Source: Actinomycetales bacterium
GTDB taxonomy: Bacteria; Actinomycetota; Actinomycetes; S36-B12; UBA5976
DNA: 64,000 nt
Direction of reading: 5' to 3'
Assembly: GCA_018969715.1 (NCBI GenBank)
Contig: JAGWXT010000001.1
Span: 10,877 to 74,876, forward strand
Below, one piece after another: positions 53,421 through 60,426 of this stretch. Position 1 is the first letter of the stretch, and every line of letters begins with the position of its first letter. A program made the position numbers and the translations under genes. The notes below the pieces were generated by a model. It searched no databases. It worked only from the letters and a program-made list of their open reading frames with translations, and had not been told where the DNA came from.

Positions 53421-54005
53421 GTGAAGTCCACCTGGGCGGTGCCTTCCGGACCGGTCACCATCGCGTTCGCGAACGGGATGCTCCGCAATCCACCAGCACC
53501 CGCCCAGGTCGTCGCCCGGCTGACCGAGCAGTCCAATGCTGGCTCGGTGTCGCGTGAGGGGTCGGTCAATGTCGGTGTTCCGGTGAACCTCCAGGCCACG
53601 GTTGGGTCCGCTGCCTTCGGTGGCACCACGGGAGCCGTCGTCACCTACGACAGTGCCTCCGACTGGGCCAACACGAATCTGACGGTCACCTTCCCGCGGT
53701 GGACGGTGCTGGAGGGCTTCCCGAGCACGGGCCAGCGGCCCTGCCCGCCGAGTGTGCGGGTGACGGCGACACCTTCCTCAGCCACCACGATGATGTGTTC
53801 GTGGACTCAAGAGGGAGCCGGAGCCACCCTGAGTCTGGTCATCCGGTCACCCGGCGTCGGGCTTCGTGGACCGGTCCGGATCGCCTTGGCTGATGGCCTG
53901 CTGCGGATCCCCGGTGCAGGCTCCGCGGCCACCGTCAGGATCGCGGAACAGTCCGGTGCCGGTTGGGTCGGCCTGAGCACCCGGGTTTGGCTCGGAGTCA
54001 ACTGA
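53421..54005 (+). CDS. Hypothetical Gly/Thr/Val-rich protein with an internal duplication, no obvious signal peptide
   Basis: The GC3-rich frame supports coding on the plus strand. GPVTIAFANGMLRNPPAPAQVVARLTEQSNAGSV recurs near the C-terminus as GPVRIALADGLLRIPGAGSAATVRIAEQSGAGWV. The start (GTG 53421) is uncertain. Confidence 0.45.
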   Translation: MKSTWAVPSGPVTIAFANGMLRNPPAPAQVVARLTEQSNAGSVSREGSVNVGVPVNLQATVGSAAFGGTTGAVVTYDSASDWANTNLTVTFPRWTVLEGFPSTGQRPCPPSVRVTATPSSATTMMCSWTQEGAGATLSLVIRSPGVGLRGPVRIALADGLLRIPGAGSAATVRIAEQSGAGWVGLSTRVWLGVN

Positions 54006-54066
54006 CCGGGTGGGGCAACGGCGTGGACCAAGGTGGATCCGCGCCGGCACGGTCACGCAGTGGTGG

Positions 54067-54083
54067 GTATACCAAACGTATAC
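54067..54083 (+). promoter_or_regulatory. Candidate operator: GTATAC-n5-GTATAC upstream of the mazE-like gene
   Basis: Two self-palindromic hexamers 11 bp apart (about one helical turn), ending 7 nt before the ATG at 54091. Confidence 0.35.
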
Positions 54084-54090
54084 TTCACGG

Positions 54091-54333
54091 ATGGCCACCA
54101 CCACGATCAAAGTCGACAGTGCTGTGCGCGATCGACTCAACGAACTCGCTGCCAGCCAAGGTTGCAGCGCGGGCAGCATGGTGGAGCGACTGCTCGAGGA
54201 GTATCTGTGGCGGCAGCAGGTGGACCTTGCAGTGCTGCGGATGAACTCGATGAGTGAACAGGAACGGCAGGAGTACGCGGCGGAGCTGGCGCAGTGGGAC
54301 GCCACGCTCGGCGACGGACTTGACGCACCGTGA
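54091..54333 (+). CDS. mazE: Ribbon-helix-helix antitoxin (MazE-like)
   Basis: MATTTIKVDSAVRDRLNELAASQGCSAGSMVERLLEEYL resembles an RHH/CopG fold. There is a GTGA overlap with the toxin gene. Confidence 0.7.
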   Translation: MATTTIKVDSAVRDRLNELAASQGCSAGSMVERLLEEYLWRQQVDLAVLRMNSMSEQERQEYAAELAQWDATLGDGLDAP

Positions 54334-54668
54334 CGGATCTCTTCACCGGAGCCGTCGTATGGGTCGACCTCGGCGACAGCCTCGGCCGCGAGCAGCGTGG
54401 ACGCAGGCCTGCTGTGGTCGTGTCCAGTCGTGCGCATTTGGCCGCTTCGGTCGAACTTGTCACCGTCCTACCGTGCACCTCAAAGTACCGAGGCTGGCCC
54501 AACCATGTGGAACTTCGCGGCGAAACTGCCCTGGGTAGGCCGATGTACGCGATGACGGAGCAGATCCGGACGATCAGCCGTACTCGAGTCCATCCGACCA
54601 GCGGCTTCGTCGCGATTGAGTGCCTACGTCACATCGCACGGTGGGTCTCCGCATGGCACGTGACCTGA
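54330..54668 (+). CDS. mazF: MazF/PemK-family endoribonuclease toxin
   Basis: 112 aa containing GAVVWVDLGDSLGREQRGRRPAVVVS...LVTVLPCTS...MTEQIRTIS, a typical PemK pattern. Confidence 0.85.
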   Translation: MTDLFTGAVVWVDLGDSLGREQRGRRPAVVVSSRAHLAASVELVTVLPCTSKYRGWPNHVELRGETALGRPMYAMTEQIRTISRTRVHPTSGFVAIECLRHIARWVSAWHVT

Positions 54669-54726
54669 CGGAGTCACGCATCGGCATCAGCCCCTCCTGA
54701 GAAGACGGCGACACGGGATCGCAACC

Positions 54727-54920
54727 GTGACTGAGCGAGCAACCAGATCGAGGACAAGGCAGGTGCCTGGCAGGCAGCACTTCGGATCCCTTGTCATCGA
54801 CCGCCGGGCGCACCAGGTGACGGTCGATGGCCAGCACATTCCGCTGAGGACGTGGACCATTCCCCGCTTCACGCGTCAATGTCCCGGCTGCGTCGCAAGC
54901 TCCGTGAGGGTGTGAAACCT
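54727..54920 (+). pseudogene. OmpR-family response-regulator C-terminal (winged-helix) remnant, deleted and frameshifted
   Basis: FGSLVIDRRAHQVTVDGQHIPL is in one frame and LHASMSRLRRKLREG in the next. No receiver domain is present. Confidence 0.4.
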
Positions 54921-55261
54921 GCCCTACCAAGGGGTGCACGAGCAAGGTCATACATCTGCCTTGCCACTTCGAGCAGGGCGAGTGCCCCTTCCTCCGTTGG
55001 CCGAGCCACATGGTGCTTCACGCCCAGGGCCTGCTGGACGACTTCAGGGCGCATCAGCTCGATCTGCGTCCGAATCCCGCGAAGCGCGGGATCGGACATG
55101 AACTCCGGGTCGGCGAACGCGAGCAGCGGTTGCCGACCTGCTGCTCCAGTGGCGATCTGGGCCTTCAGGTCGGCGCGGGCAAGGGAGGTGCGAGGGTCAA
55201 GAAGACGGCGATGTAGACCCATGTGCATCGTGTACCGCTGAGTCCCGCGAAAGGCGCGCAA
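54869..55261 (-). pseudogene. Possible gene remnant (weak resemblance to the N-terminal region of TIGR00730/LOG-type Rossmann proteins)
   Basis: DPALRGIRTQIELMRPEVVQQALGVKHHVARPTEEG loosely recalls D.WR..RI..E...G......V.VFGSAR. The family assignment is uncertain. Confidence 0.2.
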
Positions 55262-55361
55262 ATCAAGCGGTCCGGTGCTCTGCCCGCCGCTTTCGACTGG
55301 TGGATGAGCTCGCTTATCGTTCCGCCCTCAGTTCGAGTTTGGCGTTGCCATTGCCACAGCC

Positions 55362-55538
55362 ATGGCTGCCCAAGCCTGTGAAGTCCCGGAGTCGGCGACG
55401 GTCGGCCAGGACGTGCTGCTCGGCGTGCTGCGGGCCCTGGGGCAGCTCGATGCGCTCGGCAAGGCCCTCGATCCGTACGAGACCGACTTCGGGCGAGCCC
55501 GGGCCGACCAGGCGTTGCCCCAACGGGTGCGGCGATGA
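55362..55538 (+). CDS. Small ORF (58 aa) translationally coupled to the HipA-like stub; possible antitoxin remnant
   Basis: Own translation: MAAQACEVPESATVGQDVLLGVLRALGQLDALGKALDPYETDFGRARADQALPQRVRR. ATGA overlap with the next ORF. Below the ORF-track cutoff. Confidence 0.3.
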   Translation: MAAQACEVPESATVGQDVLLGVLRALGQLDALGKALDPYETDFGRARADQALPQRVRR

Positions 55539-55651
55539 GCACCGCCACCGGCGTCGAGGTACACGACGGCTCCCTTCCTGGTTCGCCCCGCGTAGGCACC
55601 GCCTACATCACTACGAGCCGGCGCGTCGTGACCACGACGTTCAGCTACTAG
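55535..55651 (+). pseudogene. HipA-like toxin N-terminal stub (38 codons)
   Basis: MSTATGVEVHDGSLPGSPRVGTAYITTSRRVVTTTFSY then stop. It resembles the first strands of HipA N-terminal domains. The remainder is replaced by unrelated sequence. Confidence 0.35.
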
Positions 55652-55677
55652 GGGTGCGCCGCGCGCCAGGTGGATGG

Positions 55678-56154
55678 TCAGAAAGCCCGGACCGGCCGCA
55701 CACGGAAGTCGAGGAACTTGGGGAGGCCGTAGCTCTGGTAGCCGTCACCGAAGGACTGGAGCCACGCGCGGAAGAAGATGCCGTCGCTGCCCTGCGAGGA
55801 ACTCCAGAAGAAGTCCGACGCCAGACCGCCGACCACACCGCGCTGCTCGTACAACGCGTTCAACTCATCCTGCGACGGCAGGAACCAGTCCGCCTTTCCC
55901 CCACCCCGGTAGGCCTTCGCCGCACCCGCCGCACTTTGCTTGCCGCACATCTTGATGATCGCCGTCGTGTTGGCCCGCCCCGACCCGATCCCCGTGCCCG
56001 TCAGCACCTCCGAGTCGTACCCCGGCTGGTCATCGGCGCACCACTCATGCCCCGGGTCCTTCGCCCGCCCGGACCACCCCTTCGGGGCGGCCTCCAGATA
56101 CCGACCCCACCGCTTGCGCGAACCCGCACGTGCAGCCCGTGAGGTGCTGGATGC
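55678..56154 (-). pseudogene. DUF1566/Lcl-like protein, N-terminally truncated paralog of 11628-12248
   Basis: RWGRYLEAAPKGWSGRAKDPGHEWCADDQPGYDSEVLTGTGIGSGRANTTAIIKMCG...DWFLPSQDELNALY...RVRPVRAF aligns with the intact copy. An in-frame stop at 56155-56157 removes the signal peptide and first ~60 aa. Confidence 0.55.
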
Positions 56155-56326
56155 CTACATCACCGCCGCCCGTGAGAACGACCGGCTGCAGGCCGTGGCG
56201 GACCGGGACCGCGCCCGGGCCGAGGTCGTCGAGGTCGAGGTCGTGGAACCCCGGCCTGCCCGCCGCCCCCTGACCGTGAAGGGCCTCCGCGAGGCGGGCC
56301 GGATCGGGTTCCGCCGACCGCAGTGA
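56140..56326 (+). pseudogene. C-terminal fragment of an unidentified protein
   Basis: A very GC3-rich frame reads AREVLDAYITAARENDRLQAVADRDRARAEVVEVEVVEPRPARRPLTVKGLREAGRIGFRRPQ. There is no upstream continuation. It is followed by the hairpin GGGGCA-taag-TGCCCC. Confidence 0.3.
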
Positions 56327-56347
56327 TGGGGCATAAGTGCCCCCCCC

Positions 56348-56547
56348 GATCCCCTGATGGCCGGTGTTGAGAAACGCTACAGAAAGCCCCTCTCTGTAGC
56401 GTTTCTAGGATCAGGGCGCATGAAAGCAACGGGATACCTGGATCCCTTGATGGCCGGTGTTGAGAAACGCTACAGAAAGCCCCTCTATGTAGCGTTTCTA
56501 GGATCAGGGCTCTAGGATCAGGGCGCATGAAAGTAACGGGATACTTG
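56348..56547 (+). repeat. 93-bp tandem duplication (A 56348-56440, B 56441-56547) covering the hairpin, RBS region and first 7 codons of the Excalibur gene
   Basis: Each unit carries GAAACGCTACAG-n11-CTGTAGCGTTTC. The stem is a perfect 12 bp in A (56371-56405) and has one mismatch in B (56464-56498). Unit B has an extra 14-bp duplication, TAGGATCAGGGC(TC). Confidence 0.85.
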
Positions 56548-56793
56548 GCGGGCGCGGCTGTTGTGCTGTCTCTGGTGCTGGCATCACCGGCCGGTGCGGC
56601 CACGACCAGGTTCACATCCTGCGAGAAGATGCACCGCGTATACGAGCACGGCATCTCCAAAGACGCCAAGGCGCAGAGTCGAGCGGTTCGCGAGGGGATG
56701 CACAAGCCGGTCGTCATGCCGAAGGTCTACGCGGACTCCTACAAGTCGTTGGACCGTGACAAGGACGGCACGATGTGCGAGGTGCCGAGCTAG
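56527..56793 (+). CDS. Secreted Excalibur calcium-binding domain protein
   Basis: Signal peptide MKVTGYLAGAAVVLSLVLASPAGA and C-terminal LDRDKDGTMCE (Excalibur DxDxDGxxCE). Confidence 0.75.
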   Translation: MKVTGYLAGAAVVLSLVLASPAGAATTRFTSCEKMHRVYEHGISKDAKAQSRAVREGMHKPVVMPKVYADSYKSLDRDKDGTMCEVPS

Positions 56794-56853
56794 GTCGCCG
56801 CACCCCACCGTCGCGGCCGCCAACGGCCACCACCACCGCGCGGCCCGTCACGG

Positions 56854-57363
56854 TCACCAACCCAGTCCATCGGGGGTACATATCGGGCATTCCCCCTTCG
56901 CGGCGCGGTCCCACGCTGCCTCCAACCGATCAGCGCGATCCCGATGCACGGCGACCTGCGCGGTCAGCTCCGCCACCTGCTTGAGCAGACCCGCCTCCCG
57001 TGCGCGCAGCTCACCGGCGGTCATGTTGTCGTCGGGGAGTCGGTAGCGGGAGCCAGTCGGCCGCAGCGTCATGCGGAACCACCGTCGGGAATGGGATTTT
57101 CCGTTCGCGGCGCGGTCCCACGCTGCCTCCAACCGATCAGCACAATCCCGCTGCACAGCGAGCCACGCGGTCAGGTACCTCACCTGCTCGAGCAGACCCT
57201 CAACCCGTGCGCGCAGCTCACCGGCGAGCATGTTGTCGTCGGGGAGTGGATGGCGGGGGAACTTCCCTTTTCCGAGTATCGGCGGCGGTAGCGGTGGCTG
57301 TGATTTCGGGGGGTCATGGCGTGAACGCGACTGCTTACCTGGCCAGCCCGAGCGGGTGGCCAC
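56854..57363 (-). CDS. Hypothetical coiled-coil protein built from a 207-bp tandem duplication (or two tandem small genes)
   Basis: LPDDNM[L/T]AGELRAR..GLL.QV..LTA..AV.RD.ADRLEAAWDRAA.G occurs twice (DNA 57100-57246 and 56893-57039). The minus frame is GC3-rich. In-frame ATGs lie at 57231 and 57024. Confidence 0.4.
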   Translation of the reverse strand: MATRSGWPGKQSRSRHDPPKSQPPLPPPILGKGKFPRHPLPDDNMLAGELRARVEGLLEQVRYLTAWLAVQRDCADRLEAAWDRAANGKSHSRRWFRMTLRPTGSRYRLPDDNMTAGELRAREAGLLKQVAELTAQVAVHRDRADRLEAAWDRAAKGECPICTPDGLGW

Positions 57364-57589
57364 TATGCCCTGAACTGCCGCTCACTTCGCAATCGGTGGT
57401 CTCCGGCTTGCCCGGCCCCCTCGCGGACAGTGCTCCAGTTCGCTGGGGCCGTGGGCTCATCGACAGGCGAATACGTGCCGAGGCGTTCGCTGCTGGACGA
57501 ACGCCTCGAACGGTCACCGACATCGACTATCTCCTAGGGATGGGGAAGGCCCCGTTCGAACCGGGACCGATGGGTGGGATGGTCTTCGG

Positions 57590-58291
57590 GTGCCGATAAG
57601 CGCACCATCGCCCTCACCGAATCCGACGCTCACCGTTGAGCGTGACCTGCTCACCGCTGGCGCGGTGCGGGTGGTCGGATTGGACGAGGTCGGACGGGGA
57701 GCGCTGGCCGGGCCGGTTGTCTTCGGCGCGGTGCTGCTCGACAGTGCGTGTATCGGCGGGGGGCAGTTGCTCGGGGACAGGTGCGGGCCGGAGGTGATGA
57801 TGCCGCCGGGCCTGCGTGACAGCAAGGCGCTCAGCGCCGCACAACGGGAGCGGCTGTGCGCTCCGATCACCCAGTGGGCGCGGGCCACCGCCCTGGGATC
57901 GGCCAGTGCCGCCGAGATCGACGAGGTGGGGATCATCGCCGCACTCGGCCGTGCGGCGCTGCGTGCGCTGATGAGCCTGCCGATGGATGCGTCGGTGGTC
58001 CTGCTCGATGGGCAGGTGGACCTGCTGGCCGCCGTGGCCGACTCGGTGCCGGGTCGGCCGCAGGTGGTGACGCGCATCGGAGCGGACAAGTCCTGCGCCT
58101 CGGTGGCCGCGGCGAGTGTGCTGGCCAAGGTGGCACGGGATGGCGTGATGGCACGCCTCGGTGGCCCGTCCGATGACTATCGCTGGCGCGTGAACAAGGG
58201 GTACGGCACCGCCGAGCATCGGGCGATCCTCACCCGGCTCGGGCCCGGGGTGCACCATCGGCGCACGTGGCGGTCCTGCCGACCGGCCTGA
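57590..58291 (+). CDS. rnhB: Ribonuclease HII
   Basis: Contains VVGLDEVGRGALAGPVV (DEXGRG motif) and ADKSCASVAAASVLAKV. Confidence 0.85.
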   Translation: MPISAPSPSPNPTLTVERDLLTAGAVRVVGLDEVGRGALAGPVVFGAVLLDSACIGGGQLLGDRCGPEVMMPPGLRDSKALSAAQRERLCAPITQWARATALGSASAAEIDEVGIIAALGRAALRALMSLPMDASVVLLDGQVDLLAAVADSVPGRPQVVTRIGADKSCASVAAASVLAKVARDGVMARLGGPSDDYRWRVNKGYGTAEHRAILTRLGPGVHHRRTWRSCRPA

Positions 58292-58378
58292 GCCGGTCGG
58301 GTGTCCACACCGGTGGGCCCTCCCCGCTGACGGACTCAACCCGCCGTCCGAGGCGGGTCGCGCGGGAAGGGTCGGGGG

Positions 58379-58777
58379 ATGGCGCCACCCCCTTCGATGA
58401 GCCCGCTGCTGCCGAACGATCGGGGGGCGCTCGGCCGGCACGGTGAGGAGCTCGCCGCCGCGCACCTGCTCGACTGCGGAATGCGGATCCTCGCCCGCAA
58501 CTGGCGCCCCCGCGGGATGGCCCTTCGCGGGGAGCTGGACATCGTCGCCCTCGACGGGTCAACCGTTGTCGCCTGTGAGGTGAAGACCCGTCGGGTCTGC
58601 ACCCACGGCACACCAGCCGAGTCGGTGACCCCCGGGAAGGTCACCCGGCTGCGTCGCCTGCTCACCTGCTGGCGGATCGCCCATAACGTCCACGGCCCCC
58701 TGCGGGTGGACGTCGTCGGCATCGTGCTGCCGGCCGATGGTCCAGCGCAGATCGCGCACCTGCGAGGGATCGGGTGA
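58379..58777 (+). CDS. YraN-family (UPF0102) endonuclease-like protein
   Basis: Contains GEELAAAHL...GMRILARNWR...GELDIVALDG..VVACEVKTR. Confidence 0.8.
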   Translation: MAPPPSMSPLLPNDRGALGRHGEELAAAHLLDCGMRILARNWRPRGMALRGELDIVALDGSTVVACEVKTRRVCTHGTPAESVTPGKVTRLRRLLTCWRIAHNVHGPLRVDVVGIVLPADGPAQIAHLRGIG

Positions 58778-60426
58778 CCGCGTCGTCCATGCCGCAGGCG
58801 TCGTCCATGCCGCAGGCGTCGTCCATGCCGCAGGCGTCGTCCATGCAGCACGCGCGGGTGCGCTCGGCAGTCCTGATCGGAGTGCAGGCACATGTGGTCG
58901 ATGTGGAGGTCGACATCGGCGTGGGCCTGCCGGGGCTGGCGATCGTGGGCCTGCCGGACACCTCCGTGGGTGAGGCGCGCGAGCGGGTGCGGACGGCGAT
59001 TCGCAATGCCGGGTTCACCTGGCCGGATCGGCGGGTAACCGTGGCACTGGGGCCGGCTGGGCTGCCCAAGCGCGGGGCGGGGCTCGACCTTGCGATCGCC
59101 TGTGCGGTGCTTGCGGCCCAGGGGACCCTGGACCCCCGTGCGCTGGCGGGAATGCTCATCGTCGGTGAGCTGCGGCTGGATGGCACCGTGCACGCAGTCC
59201 CCGGTGCGCTGGCGATGGCCCTGTGTGCGCGGGAGATCGGAGTGGGCGTGATCATGCCCGGGCGGATGGCGGCGGAGGCGCGGCTGCTGCCGGGGCTGGT
59301 CGTGCGGCACCTGGATGCCCTCGTCGCCGCTGTTCGCGGGGGTGGCGCCCCCGATGGCGGCGGAGGCGCGGCTGCCCTGCTGGGGCCGTCCGGCGGCGGG
59401 GCCGCCCCTGCCCCGGGGCCTGCCACCGGTGCGAGCGACCACGACCGTCACCCCGTCACGCCGCTTGAGCCGCTACCCGACCTTGCCGACGTCCGGGGAC
59501 ATGATGCGGCGCGCCTCGCGCTGGAGGTTGCGGCCGCCGGCGGCCATCACCTCGCCATGGTGGGTCCGCCGGGGGTCGGCAAGAGCCTGCTCGCGGAGCG
59601 CATGCCCGGGCTGCTGCCGCCGCTGACCGACGCGGAGCGCGTTGCCGTCCTCGCCGTCCACGGAGCCGTCGACTCACCCCTGCGGGCATCGGTTGCCGCC
59701 GGCCGCCCGACCTTCATCGCCCCCCACCACACGGTGGGCCGCACGGCCATGGTGGGCGGCGGATCGGGGATGGACGTGCGCGTCGGCCTGGTCACCCTTG
59801 CCCACCGCGGTGTGCTCTTCCTCGATGAGGCAGCCGAGTTCCCGGGCAGCGTCCTGGATGCGCTGCGCCAGCCGCTGGAGGCGGGGCGGATCGTCGTGCA
59901 CCGCACGGGCTTCCGCGCGACCCTGCCGGCGGAGTTCCAGTTGCTGCTTGCGAGCAATCCATGTCCATGTGGCCCGCCGCCGGGTGGTCAGTGTGCCTGC
60001 ACCCCGCACGCTCGCCGGCGGTACCTCACCAGGATCTCGGGGCCGATTCTCGACCGCATCGACATCCGGCTCACCCTGCGCGCGCCCTCGCGGGCCGAGC
60101 TGCGCGGGCCCGCCGGTGAGGCCAGTGCCACGATCGCGACCCGGATCAGGGTGGCGCGGGAGCGAGCCGCCCACCGCCTCGCAGCAGGCGGGTGGCTGCT
60201 GAATGCGCGCGTCCCCGGGGCGCACCTGCGTCACCTGCCGCCCCCCGCCGGTTCCCACCTGCTCGACGACGCCCTTGACCGCGGGCGGCTGTCACCACGC
60301 GGGGTCGACCGGGTCCTGCGTGTGGCGTGGACGTGCGCGGACCTCAACGGTCGCAGCCGGCCCGATTCGGACGATGTGGGGCTCGCCCTCGCCCTGCGCG
60401 ATCCCCATGGGGCGTGGACGGGATGA
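58774..60426 (+). CDS. comM: YifB/ComM-family Mg-chelatase-like ATPase
   Basis: Lon-like N-domain (VGLPDTSVGEARERV, KRGAGLDLAIA), Walker A GPPGVGKS and Walker B LFLDEAAEF. The N-terminal 18-bp repeats make the start ambiguous. Confidence 0.9.
   Translation: MTASSMPQASSMPQASSMPQASSMQHARVRSAVLIGVQAHVVDVEVDIGVGLPGLAIVGLPDTSVGEARERVRTAIRNAGFTWPDRRVTVALGPAGLPKRGAGLDLAIACAVLAAQGTLDPRALAGMLIVGELRLDGTVHAVPGALAMALCAREIGVGVIMPGRMAAEARLLPGLVVRHLDALVAAVRGGGAPDGGGGAAALLGPSGGGAAPAPGPATGASDHDRHPVTPLEPLPDLADVRGHDAARLALEVAAAGGHHLAMVGPPGVGKSLLAERMPGLLPPLTDAERVAVLAVHGAVDSPLRASVAAGRPTFIAPHHTVGRTAMVGGGSGMDVRVGLVTLAHRGVLFLDEAAEFPGSVLDALRQPLEAGRIVVHRTGFRATLPAEFQLLLASNPCPCGPPPGGQCACTPHARRRYLTRISGPILDRIDIRLTLRAPSRAELRGPAGEASATIATRIRVARERAAHRLAAGGWLLNARVPGAHLRHLPPPAGSHLLDDALDRGRLSPRGVDRVLRVAWTCADLNGRSRPDSDDVGLALALRDPHGAWTG
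58780..58848 (+). repeat. 18-bp tandem repeat (gcgtcgtccatgccgcag x3 plus partial) at the 5' end of comM
   Basis: The translation is (ASSMPQ)x3 then ASSMQ. Each unit contains an in-frame ATG. Confidence 0.85.
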
